A stretch of 64,000 bases of DNA, from contig OW569348.1 of the NCBI GenBank assembly GCA_937625935.1, positions 124,001 through 188,000 of the forward strand, read 5' to 3'. The DNA comes from Tetramitus jugosus. Its lineage: Eukaryota; Protista; Heterolobosea. The notes under the pieces were generated by a model. That model had not been told where the DNA came from and made no database searches. It saw only the letters and a program-made list of their open reading frames with translations. This document shows, piece after piece, positions 45,701-55,050 of the stretch; position 1 is the stretch's first letter, and every line of letters begins with the position of its first letter. The position numbers and the translations under genes were made by a program.

Positions 45701-46472
45701 AGTCCAAATAGGAATAAGGGTTCAGTATGAGAAATTTTAGCTTTCTCTTTGCCATTATTAAATGGCCCATAAATATAATCGTAATGAATCCACACAGTGA
45801 TAAATCAATCACTGCCAATGCCAAAATGTGTTGCATCTTGAGCATGGCCAAATAACTCTCCACAATATAAATAAGAGTAAATAGAACAGCAATCAACGCT
45901 TGAAAAATCTCCAAGTCCCTCATGTAACCATGCTTCTTCAAATAGAGCACAAATCGTTCCTTGTGCGAAATTCTCATATTGTCTGGAATTTTTGACTTGG
46001 GAAGCTTATTGTCCTCCACGTATGCATTCAACACTGCATTGTCATAGATGAGCGATGAAGGGTCCCATGGGAACAATCGCTTTTTAATGTTGAGCTTCCG
46101 GAATCGTTGGAATTTCTTTTTTTTGGCACTGCTGTTCAGCACATCACTGTTCATTGTTGTCATGTTTTGACGACTGGCGGCATTATGACTATTCTTGTTG
46201 CTAAATGAGGATGATTGTCTGCTGGAGAAGGCTTCGTCTTCTTCTCTTGACAAGTGGGTGCCATGTCGATGATGCAGCATGTGTCCAGCAGAGTCACTGC
46301 TGTCACTGTTGTCACTCGGAGTTTGATCATTACGGCTGTATTGGCCAATGTGGCTATTATTGTTGTTGTTGTTGTTGGCTGCCATTTGAATCTCATTGAT
46401 CGCAATGATCGTAGGAGAGTAGTCATTGTCGGTGAATGGACTCACCAAATGACTGGAGGAAGGAGAAGACAT
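42786..46472 (-). CDS. Slo/BK-family potassium channel alpha subunit (6TM plus two RCK domains)
   Basis: S4 RVFRLLRL, filter TMTTIGYGD, RCK1 HMIVTG, CPGLCTLVSNL and RCK2 HVIVTG/GSP. Confidence 0.93.
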   Translation of the reverse strand: MSSPSSSHLVSPFTDNDYSPTIIAINEIQMAANNNNNNNSHIGQYSRNDQTPSDNSDSSDSAGHMLHHRHGTHLSREEDEAFSSRQSSSFSNKNSHNAASRQNMTTMNSDVLNSSAKKKKFQRFRKLNIKKRLFPWDPSSLIYDNAVLNAYVEDNKLPKSKIPDNMRISHKERFVLYLKKHGYMRDLEIFQALIAVLFTLIYIVESYLAMLKMQHILALAVIDLSLCGFITIIFMGHLIMAKRKLKFLILNPYSYLDYVTVLPIILMYVLIFSMPKNYITTVIGVFRVFRLLRLLLVVKAYPVYGMRNVYRQVFILVLTLLSLIFLFASLIQTVENYFTSQNLYFHDAVYFIWVTMTTIGYGDISPKSIYGKACVILFFVIGVIVIPYQTTQIFNIVTAKENVFKWLNMKLKNHMIVTGTSRYAEVVEFTKEFFHEQHGKIKPKKLLFVFRDKELCDHLQSMADNPYYSTRVSVYNGDIVDFETLTLVKAHNALGVFVLTKHNSANPRLEDTNTLMITLAVKNFNPKLDVFAQAILPESKNFIVQAGASSVVCTEDLKQKLMALSVVCPGLCTLVSNLVTSVAVRNPMQIFERKLKHKQAEESDRWMYEYFAGTSKEIYMVVFSPYFVDTLFLDASLSAYQELEMILFAVFSEEKKCVLMNPSDYLIKEGDQAIVIAESIFQAQLINLYKCDKIVNIQEPERTSFDVTAIHKHSGPYVASANINTLDDDREKGKVEEDDYFFYNEQNEFELCREEPGDVDKRKSRMIRHDRSMEDLSGKEASTTRSKIANDMINQRQVNRLLRHIAPIADVKNFFGAKNKTTSGALPNTMRGFRDDTEKKFFGKALESFNLLHVARSMDDFVLKNQQLSNHVIVTGSLKGSAYISLTLRSSTHQKFAPIVFLSPDENLLPFLYERLKFFDHVYFMQGSPTERYDLRKAGAADASCVLYLSDFSEDGLPEDSEAVKCMLGLRWIEKKTRYLCEISNKSNIKFFKPSTAYTGERFSKYINVLDSVTSEAIVDDETERFERMCMISEVFSSGRVFPNSIFARLLCQTYYNSRIVGTIEVICGFSGLLAKDQSSIFQISCPEELAGKTFHDAFLFFYRHDSICLGLYRPKHVLGNSNRLEYVYTHPETNTVLCSEDRFYVVGNHKRLYDVMNCVSSKMKVATTRFADVVIPREEHPLNLSEDVINEVIDTPSTIGLSPTSAKRRTHIRSFSVDTSRNASRSQ

Positions 46473-46544
46473 TCAATGTACACGACTCTCAAACGCTGGT
46501 TGTTTTTATATAATGTTATTGAATGAAGAGGAGAGAGAATGATG

Positions 46545-48086
46545 TTACTCAGATTCGACGTTGTTTGCCAAGCAGCTCGGTGGAAAGTTTGCTGATTCTG
46601 GCGAAACAGCACACAGTTTCCGCGCTAGCAGAAAAGTCCGCGGGTAAGCGATTTTTTGCCCTTTCGTGGTCGTGTTGGCTGGAATTGGGTCAACTGGAGC
46701 GTTGGTACTCTTGTCCGTCTCACAATAGAGGGCAATATCTGAATGACCTTGCCCAAAGTAATGAATGATAAGAATTGCAAATTGATTCATATGGGGGACT
46801 AACTTGAGGTCTTTGGTGGGTGAAACGCGAAATTGGAGAATCCATGTGAGCAACTCGTTCATGTCAGCACATAATTTGGCAGTCGCTGGCTTGTCTATAC
46901 GAAGCATCATATGGTATAGCCACTGGAATCTGAGCTCGGAGCAATAGTTATCCTCAATCACCCACTGAAACATTTCGTGCAGCAGTGAATTGACTGTGAC
47001 ATAGTCAAAACTTAGAATAAGCTTAAGATTGGGTGTCCAGCATTGAGCTTCGTCCCAGTACGATTGACCTGGTACCTCCACTGACTTTATCTTGATACCA
47101 AAGCACAATTGCTTCCATTGATCCCAAGCTTTTCCTCCTCTTGGAAATTGACTTGTTACACTCTGTTCTAGGTGATACTCATGTGCATGATCCAATTGCT
47201 CTTTACGGGTCAAATGCATTTCGACTTGATGTCTCATGTATTGAAATCGTTCAATGCACTTGTCACCCCATAAACGACTTGATAACAAGGAACAGCTTGA
47301 ATCCCTATTCAAAAGTTCATTCTCTAGCTTACACTGCTTGGACAATTGAATCATATGTTCGATTTGATCGCTTTGTTGCTTTAATCTTCTATGAATTGTT
47401 CGTTTATGTTCGTACGATGCTTGATTGATTTCATGGGCAATCACTGTTTGTTTACACTTGTTTGCTTCTAATCGCACACGCAGCAAGTATTCCTCTGCAG
47501 ATTCGGGTGCTTTTGATTCCCATGTTAGTTTCGATAGCTGCATAATTTGTTCGTGCGAGACATTTCCAATGGGTAGAGCTCTTGATTGAGAGCTATTGTA
47601 ATGTTGACTCAAGTCCTCATAATCGTCATCATCATTGTCATCATGGATAGCAGATTCATTAGTCGTATGAAGATCACCACCAGCAGTTCTCGCATTCAAG
47701 TCACCACCATTATTATTATTACTACTATTACTACTAGAGGCACTATAGCTCTCTAATGTACTTTGCTCCATTGTCATTGAAGAATGATCATGATCATTGT
47801 CAGCTGTTACGAGTACTTTCTGTTTCTTGTTTGGATTCGCTTTGTTGTTGGAGCTTCTTTTTCTTCTTCGACGTCTCTTCTTGGCTTTTCTTGAGCTTTG
47901 ATCATCTTGCTCTCCATCCAACCATTCCATTTCATTCTCATGTGCATTGGCATCTTCCTCATCACCATGATTTTCACTCATGAGATCAGCCATTGAAAAA
48001 GTGATGGGTTGAAATGGTAGTGGCTCTGCTGTGATGGTTGGTGCTTGCTGTTCTGCTTCTGCGACTGTATGAGACTCCATCATCAT
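46545..48086 (-). CDS. GEMIN2: Gemin2 (SIP1), SMN-complex subunit, with C-terminal extension
   Basis: PESAEEYLLRVRLEA, QWLYHMMLRIDKP and IIHYFGQ. Confidence 0.88.
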   Translation of the reverse strand: MMMESHTVAEAEQQAPTITAEPLPFQPITFSMADLMSENHGDEEDANAHENEMEWLDGEQDDQSSRKAKKRRRRRKRSSNNKANPNKKQKVLVTADNDHDHSSMTMEQSTLESYSASSSNSSNNNNGGDLNARTAGGDLHTTNESAIHDDNDDDDYEDLSQHYNSSQSRALPIGNVSHEQIMQLSKLTWESKAPESAEEYLLRVRLEANKCKQTVIAHEINQASYEHKRTIHRRLKQQSDQIEHMIQLSKQCKLENELLNRDSSCSLLSSRLWGDKCIERFQYMRHQVEMHLTRKEQLDHAHEYHLEQSVTSQFPRGGKAWDQWKQLCFGIKIKSVEVPGQSYWDEAQCWTPNLKLILSFDYVTVNSLLHEMFQWVIEDNYCSELRFQWLYHMMLRIDKPATAKLCADMNELLTWILQFRVSPTKDLKLVPHMNQFAILIIHYFGQGHSDIALYCETDKSTNAPVDPIPANTTTKGQKIAYPRTFLLARKLCAVSPESANFPPSCLANNVESE

Positions 48087-48260
48087 GTGTTCGGTGTTCG
48101 GCTGAAACTCAGTTTAGTTGGTTTTTTTGGAGATAAGTACTCTGTGTTGTGAAATGTTCAATTTGAGTTTGGTTGAACCCTCTCTGTTTATATCCACAAG
48201 AAGACAATTGACAACGTTACATTACAATGATAAAATACAGACATCCCTTGTCTGGTTTCT

Positions 48261-49358
48261 TTATAGAAGAATGAGAAGAACAAGAGAGATGATCAGGGAG
48301 AGTGAGGAGAACTTGATCAGATCACCAGAGGACGCGAGAATAATGCTGGACAGGGGCAGCTTCTTGATGGGCAATTCAATACCGGACAAATCGACATAGA
48401 TGGCACCTTCTTCAGCAGAAGAGGACGAAGGCACAGCAGACGAAGATGACGAAGGCACAGCAGATGAGTCCACTGGCGGAGGAGACTCCGAGGGATGAGG
48501 AAGAGGACGAAAAGGGTGAGTCACATTCAAATCTGGAACTGTTGTCTTGATCCATGGCACATAGTAGCTCACCTTAGTGTACGTTCCGAGAACACCTCGT
48601 GCTCCACATGGTGAGCCACCAAAACTCACAATACCACCGACAACCCATTGATGGGATGTGCTGTCGCGATAGGTCATTGCACCACCGGAATCACCAGCAC
48701 AAGAGTCCATTCCTGCACCTAGTCCAGCACACAACATGCTCTGTTGGCGGAATTGCCCGTGTACGAGACACTTGGTTCCCTGTACCAATGGAACATCCAC
48801 TCTTCTCATGATTCTTGGCAGTTCGGCCTGCATCGAATTAATGTATCCCCATCCGTTCAGTGTCATTGTCATTCCAAGTGGCAATTCTTCATTCTCGATC
48901 AAAACGGTTGATGCCCTGTTGTTCAGTGTAATGTTTCTCTTGAGTTCAATAATCGCAATATCGTTGAACAGTGACGATGGATTGTACTGTGCATGCTTCA
49001 TGATTCTCTTCACTTCATAGATGCCTCCATTCGCCGTATCATCCAAATTCACTCTTCCAATCACAACTTCCAATGTTTCTGGATCCGTGTAATCGTTTGA
49101 TGTTGCACTCTCTGGATCAAAGCAATGCGCTGCAGTCAAAATATACTTTTCGTTCAGGATTGCACCACCACAGTACACATATCGAAGTCTCTTTAGTTTT
49201 AGACCGATAGCATAGGGAAGCTCTCCTAGTAGTGCATCCCTACCACCTGCGATTGTCAATTGATTTTCTTTGCTTTCAACCAATGAAAGGAACGAAGCGA
49301 CAAACAGAACAAAGAAAGCTGTAATCAAGAGCGCGAATGGTTGTTGTGTTTTCATCAT
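48261..49358 (-). CDS. Trypsin-like S1A serine protease; signal peptide, Ser/Pro stalk, hydrophobic C-terminus (GPI or TM anchor)
   Basis: Activation site IAGG; triad TAAHC / DIAII / GDSGG; S1 Asp in DSCAGDSGG. ATG at 49358. Confidence 0.95.
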   Translation of the reverse strand: MMKTQQPFALLITAFFVLFVASFLSLVESKENQLTIAGGRDALLGELPYAIGLKLKRLRYVYCGGAILNEKYILTAAHCFDPESATSNDYTDPETLEVVIGRVNLDDTANGGIYEVKRIMKHAQYNPSSLFNDIAIIELKRNITLNNRASTVLIENEELPLGMTMTLNGWGYINSMQAELPRIMRRVDVPLVQGTKCLVHGQFRQQSMLCAGLGAGMDSCAGDSGGAMTYRDSTSHQWVVGGIVSFGGSPCGARGVLGTYTKVSYYVPWIKTTVPDLNVTHPFRPLPHPSESPPPVDSSAVPSSSSSAVPSSSSAEEGAIYVDLSGIELPIKKLPLSSIILASSGDLIKFSSLSLIISLVLLILL

Positions 49359-49580
49359 GAGATCTAATTTTGGATTGAGAAGAAGTTGTTGAAAGGATTT
49401 GATATTATTAACGCGTGATTGTTGCTTTGTTGTTTCGTTTGTTTGCTCGAGCCCACCACGCTCATCGATATTCGAATCTGCTGATAACGGAGAAAAAAAA
49501 GTCACATCCTTTTGCAGAATTCGAACGCTCAAGCTCACTGAAAAGCCAGTGGCTGCTTCTTTGGCCTCTTCATAAAAAGG

Positions 49581-50495
49581 CTAAAGAGTGAAATTGATCA
49601 CTTGATCAATACCTTCCATCTCCCCCAGGTCCTCATTCGCAGTAACATCTGAGAAATTCTCAGAGTTTTCCAAAGACTCATTGCCCAGATTGAACTCGTC
49701 ATCATTGAAATCGAGGTCGAGTGATTTCTCAGAGGTCTGCGACTTGTTCATGAAGTCATCTGAAAAGTTTGAGTCATTGTATTCTGAATCCGGTTCTGAA
49801 AACTCGTAGTTATACTCTTCGTTCGGATCATTAATTGATTCGTTCATTACACTTTCCTTGCTCTCCAATAGGGGATTCTTTTTCTTGGGAGTCGAACCTT
49901 CTTCTGTTGGAACCAGATCTGGTTTTTCGACAGCATTTGAGTCGAGGACAGATTTGGAGGAGTTTTCAGTTGATTCTATTGTTACAGTGTCCAATGTTGA
50001 TACTTTCTCCTCTGAAGTTGGTGGCAACCGTTTTATAACCTTTGTAGTGCCTGTCAAATCTTCTTCCTCCATTTGAATAGAGTCCTTGAGAAGAGATAGT
50101 AAAACTAAGCCTGGGTCTACCTCCAACCGATGGACGAGTTTTTCTACATCAGAGGAGTAAGATGTTGATTTCTCTAGATTGGACTCAGCAGCAAACACTG
50201 AGCAACTATATGGTAAATGTTGCTTTTGTTTTAAGTAGGCAAAAATAAGTTCATCGAGAACTGTGATCTCAGGTTTTTCTTCATTCTGGAATGAATCATC
50301 AGATTGAAGAGCTTGAAAAACATTTGCTCTTAATTGGGCCTAAGATCAAGTCATTAACAACAACGCTTTAACAATTTATGGTTTCATGAACTTCATTAAT
50401 TCTTCACATACCTTCAACTTGGGATACACTCCCTGAGTAATCAGAGTTCCTCTCACTAATTCCTTGAGTCGTTCTCTTTCCTTTAGCACTGTCAT
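49581..50495 (-). CDS. FOP/CEP43-FOR20-TON1 family LisH centriolar protein, 2 exons
   Basis: Exon 1 (50495-50412) plus intron 50411-50340 gives LKELVRGTLITQGVYPKLKAQLRANVFQAL...ELIFAYLKQKQHLPYSCSVFAAES, followed by an acidic tail. The N-terminus is missed by the ORF track. Confidence 0.8.
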
Positions 50496-50610
50496 TTTCT
50501 GTAGTTTGTGAGAGCGGGAGAGTTTCTATTTTCCGCCCAGTTCCAGAAATACGCGGCAACAGCCATTTCTGTGTAAGATCAATACACAAAATAGACAAAA
50601 GATATCACAC

Positions 50611-52192
50611 ATGAGCACTTTGAAATTCATTGTCGCAGGTAACAACAAGTACAGAGTCCTGGGTCTCACAGATGAAGAACATGCTTCCAATCGTGGTCCA
50701 CCCATCAGTCGTCAAATCGACACTCCCATCGAACTCAACGAACGAGAGAAACGCAAGCAACTGAGAAGAAATTTCAATGTGATGGACATGGCATTCGATC
50801 GCGATGTTATCAAACAACGGTTCACCGTCTCAATGACTTCCTTGTCCAACAGCAGCAGCAGTAGCATTCAAATGGATGACAACTCCTCTTTTGCTTCCAA
50901 ATGCATCAAAAAGGTCATTTGTGGTCCCTTCTCGAGCTACTTTATAATGCAAGACGGTAGTGTGTATGCCTGTGGTGACAATAGTTGGGGTCTATTGGCA
51001 ACAGGCAACAAGGAGCACGTACGGGGAAGACCAGTGCTGTGCAAGGCCATCTCTGCGTGTGGCATGATGAAAGATGTGATTCCTTCTGTGAATTTTGCAT
51101 TTTTCATTGCAGAGAATGGACAAGTGTATGGCTTTGGCAATAATCGATGTGGTCAATTGACTGGTAGTGAGCCTCACTATGTCGAACATCCAGTGTTTAT
51201 CGATCCGGATGAGTTGTTTGAGGGATCACGCCTCACAAAGGTTCAATGTGGTCAACTGCACACTGCATTCCTCACTGAGAATGGACATGTGTGGTTGTGT
51301 GGATCGAATTCTGAAGAACAATTGGGCTTGGATGGAGGTGACGATGACGATGATGATGATGATGAGGACGAGAACAATAGAGCAAAGGAAAACCGTGTGC
51401 CTCGTGTGTTGAAAATGGGACAAAAGAAGGTGTATGCAACGGATGTGTGTTGTGGAAGGTATGGTTTGTGTTATTATATTTTTTGTATGTTCAATAATAT
51501 TGTATTGTCTGTTGATTAGATGAGTGCTCACTGAAAAACAAATATCAGTTCACATACGGTGGTACTGCTCAAGAATGGAGAGGTTGTTGCTTTTGGAAGC
51601 TCAAAGTTTGGTCAGTGTGGTGAGATGACTTCATCATCAGATCCTCATGTGATTCAGAAAAACGTAAGTAGGATATGGGCCGGGTCAAACAGCACTCTTA
51701 TGCTCACCAATCAAGGAGAGTTGTTTGCTTGTGGAAATAATATGGTGTATCAAATGGGCACTGGTGGGGATCAGAGTGAAAACATGTATGAAGTTCAAGA
51801 ATTGGATTCACTACCATTTAACCCTGCACATATTCAAGATATCACAATTGGTGGCAGTGGCACATTTGTTACTCTAAAAGGAGGAGAGATTTACTACGCC
51901 GGTGCAAATCGTTATGGCCAATCCCTGATCAACGCAAAGAGTGGTCAAAACATTCGAACAAGTTCAACTCACAGAAGAATACATTCTGAAGCTCTTTGCA
52001 AGAAAATCAAACGAGGTTCAGGTGAAAGTATCAACTGGAGAAAGCCACTCAATCATGTATTTTGTTGACCAACAAAAGACCACGAGTGCTCTTCAGTGGT
52101 TTGGCACATTCAAGCACTTTAGTGATGTAGAAATCATTTTCCAATCAGAGCTGGACTTGGAACCAGAATCAAAGCGAAGAAGGCTATTGTAG
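50611..52192 (+). CDS. RCC1-repeat protein, one intron, apparent 1-nt frameshift near the 3' end
   Basis: Repeats GSVYACGDNSWGLL, VQCGQLHT and GELFACGNN. Intron 51459-51548. The last repeat VSTGESHS and the FSDVEIIF tail are in a shifted frame after ~52006. Confidence 0.85.
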
Positions 52193-52221
52193 TTTTATTG
52201 AAGTACAACAATGAAGATATT

Positions 52222-53289
52222 TTAGGCAAATAACTTAGAGTAGGTCTTCTTCTCTTTTGTGGCATGGTTTGCGAGCGCTAACTCTGTTTTCTGTAGCCAA
52301 TTTCGAATGGCAGCAATCTCAATTTCACATGCATTTTGCTCTGGAGAAAGAGCAGCTTGGAAGTCAGTCTTTGCTTGATCTAAGTCATTCATCACGTATG
52401 AAGCATATCCTCTTCGAAATAGAGCCTTTACATTTTTGCTATCAAGCTGTAGTATCTTTGAGCATATTTCTTTCACGAGATCGTACTCTTTCGTTCTCAT
52501 CTTAACGGCGGCAATGTTACCCAGAACAATCGCTTCTTGCTGATCCAATTTCTGCGTCTCTTCAAATGAACATAATCCTGGAGCTAAGTATCTAAATGCC
52601 TTCTCATACTTGAGGAGAGCTTTCGCGCAATCACCCTTGTTGAAGAATTCATTCCCAATTTTTCGAATCTTGTTCGAGGCGTCAATTCGGTCATCAATGT
52701 GAGAACTAAAGTCATCAACGTACTCAGGAAATGTGTCTCCGTCTGATGAATCCACGGGTGAAACTCCATCATTCTCTTCCCTTTCCAATGAACCACAACC
52801 AATGATCAACACGGATACAGCGGGCCGCATAGTTGTTGGATCGACTGCAATATATTCGCATCTCTTCACAGCTCCCATACCTTTGACAACACGCCCAATA
52901 ACAACACTGTCCTCAGTCAAGCTCGAACTTTCCTTCACTGTTATACTCAACTTCAATGAACCTTCTTCTTCGTTCGTACATAGAGATAATAAACCAAACG
53001 TGTCATGCATCATGTGATTCTGGTATCCTGATTCACATTGATCCACAAATGAAACACCCTTTTCTAAAAGGGTCTCTGCCGAGATATGAAATCCTTGGAT
53101 GTACTCCTTGCGCACAATCTTGTCAACCTGAGTGCCCGTGAAACTGTTCTTGGAGCACAGTTGTCTTATCATGTGGCATATCTTTGGTAGATGAGCAGTG
53201 CGCAATTCACACACAATACGTCCCACTTTTTGCTGCGCAATTTGCAAATCGAAGAAGACTCGGTGTTCACTCTCACTCATGCTTCTCAT
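52222..53289 (-). CDS. Cyclophilin-40-like protein (degenerate cyclophilin domain plus 3 TPR)
   Basis: RVFFDLQI..VGRIVCEL, GRVVKGMGAV, linker DGDTFPEYVDD, TPR GNEFF..KYEKAFRY..KALFRRG and terminal EKKTYSKLFA. Confidence 0.9.
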   Translation of the reverse strand: MRSMSESEHRVFFDLQIAQQKVGRIVCELRTAHLPKICHMIRQLCSKNSFTGTQVDKIVRKEYIQGFHISAETLLEKGVSFVDQCESGYQNHMMHDTFGLLSLCTNEEEGSLKLSITVKESSSLTEDSVVIGRVVKGMGAVKRCEYIAVDPTTMRPAVSVLIIGCGSLEREENDGVSPVDSSDGDTFPEYVDDFSSHIDDRIDASNKIRKIGNEFFNKGDCAKALLKYEKAFRYLAPGLCSFEETQKLDQQEAIVLGNIAAVKMRTKEYDLVKEICSKILQLDSKNVKALFRRGYASYVMNDLDQAKTDFQAALSPEQNACEIEIAAIRNWLQKTELALANHATKEKKTYSKLFA

Positions 53290-53309
53290 CAATTTTTGCG
53301 TAATCAGAT

Positions 53310-53321
53310 TTTGGCGCCAAA
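53310..53321. promoter_or_regulatory. TTTGGCGCCAAA palindrome (E2F-like)
   Basis: Sits in the 53-nt spacer directly upstream of the Cyp40-like ATG. Confidence 0.55.
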
Positions 53322-53342
53322 GAACAATATGCAAACGAAAAC

Positions 53343-54920
53343 TTAGTTGACCTGTTCGTAAGCAATTCTTGTTGTGGAGCTCTTTGAACGCTTTGTAGGT
53401 GTGGGCAATGATCTTTTTGGAGGATAGAATACCTGAGCATTCGATAGCAAGCCATAATTTTTGTACGATGTAATCGACTGGACCTGATTGTCTGCAAAAG
53501 AAGGACTAGTGAGGGCTTGTTGTCTGTTTCTGAATTGAGCTCTCATGTATGGATTAATGTACCGCACTCTCATCAAAAATCGCTTGACAATGGGAATAAT
53601 ATGTTGAGTCCATGTGTCTTTGAATACACCCCACAAGTGACGAATAAACTCCAATAACCAGCCAACAAAAGAAGAATCGTTATGGTGTGTGTTCATTGGA
53701 GGTACAGAACGATCAGAATTAATTCTTTGAATCCTTGTGTCTGGGTTGCCAGTGCGGCGGTTCGGGTCCCTGTTCATATTCATTCGATTGCTAATGGATG
53801 ATCTATCTGACAGTAAATCATCATCATCGAACAATGAATCACCATTGGACTGTAAGTTGTTCTCTCGTAACAAATCATCAACTGCATCGTTGCCAATACT
53901 ATTATTGGTAGTTGTTGCAGTCGAGCTTTGATCCATGTTCGTTCTCTCTGCAGGAATTGAATCTTCTCTACTGTGGTTGCTTCCTGAGGAAGCTATGGCT
54001 ACTTTTTCTCCTCCTCGATGCCATTGTTGACGATTGTCCTGAGGATTCACGATGTGAACACCACCAATCTTTCGACGATCATCACTACCACTCTTCAAGG
54101 GCGAAGAAGCACGAGCTCCATCATCTCGATTGTTCATCCTTGATGCATCGCTTTCTTCCTCATCCTGATGAGCCATTGACATCATCATGTCATCCAACTG
54201 CTTATTCGATTGAAAATAGTTGGCATAGTCACTGTCATCTCCGCCATCACCAGCACGAGTGTTTCGATTGAGAAATCGACCATGAATACCACGTTGTACC
54301 ACTTGTTCATCCATTCTCACATCATCACTCACCGAAAGCTTTTGAATGATTTGAGAAACGTTTTGCTTCGATTGTTCAATCCTCTGTAGCTTATGACGAG
54401 GAATGTTGCGAGCGATTAGGAGATTATCTTCTGCTTCTTCTCGATCGCCACTCATCATTCGATTTCTATCATTTGCTTCTCTCTCTGCTCTGTTGACCAA
54501 TTGATCAAAGTACTCTTGTTGTGTGTTTGCTACAACAGCAGCTTCTGAGGCTGTTGTTGTTGTTGCTGTTGTAGTGGTGGTGGGGTTGATTGTTCGTTGA
54601 CTTGCAACTGCCTCTCGTTGATCATCATTTGAGTAATCTTCATCATGTGTGTCTGCAGAGGTGAAAAGAGATGAATGTTGTCGTTGTTGGTTGCGTTGTC
54701 GATATAGGCGGTGGTGTGGAAGTGATCGATAGAGAGCATTCAAGTGCAATGCAGTGTTTAGATCAGCATCTTTGGATTGATGGGTCACACTGGGACGAAA
54801 CACTGTTGATGATGATGATGGCGGTGGTGAGATTGTTACATCCACATGATCAAAATGGTTGTTGCTATTCGTTGTTGACGGCTGAATAAGAAAGCTAGAG
54901 ACTGGCTGATTGAATTTCAT
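53343..54920 (-). CDS. Hypothetical low-complexity protein with amphipathic/hydrophobic helix near the C-terminus
   Basis: 525-aa ATG-initiated ORF; FVGWLLEFIRHLWGVF. Confidence 0.7.
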   Translation of the reverse strand: MKFNQPVSSFLIQPSTTNSNNHFDHVDVTISPPPSSSSTVFRPSVTHQSKDADLNTALHLNALYRSLPHHRLYRQRNQQRQHSSLFTSADTHDEDYSNDDQREAVASQRTINPTTTTTATTTTASEAAVVANTQQEYFDQLVNRAEREANDRNRMMSGDREEAEDNLLIARNIPRHKLQRIEQSKQNVSQIIQKLSVSDDVRMDEQVVQRGIHGRFLNRNTRAGDGGDDSDYANYFQSNKQLDDMMMSMAHQDEEESDASRMNNRDDGARASSPLKSGSDDRRKIGGVHIVNPQDNRQQWHRGGEKVAIASSGSNHSREDSIPAERTNMDQSSTATTTNNSIGNDAVDDLLRENNLQSNGDSLFDDDDLLSDRSSISNRMNMNRDPNRRTGNPDTRIQRINSDRSVPPMNTHHNDSSFVGWLLEFIRHLWGVFKDTWTQHIIPIVKRFLMRVRYINPYMRAQFRNRQQALTSPSFADNQVQSITSYKNYGLLSNAQVFYPPKRSLPTPTKRSKSSTTRIAYEQVN

Positions 54921-55050
54921 CCTGTTGTGTGTGTTTTGTGTGAAAGAGTGCAGTGTTGATCAACTGGGTGGAGTGCTTCAATTCTTCATTTCTTTGTTTT
55001 TTCGGCGCATGTGGTTGTTGTTTTGTTTGTTTTATTATCATGCTATCTGT

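Noticed and set aside
30406-48086. pICln and Gemin2 (both snRNP assembly factors) within ~16 kb
   Set aside because: Separated by seven unrelated genes; compatible with chance.
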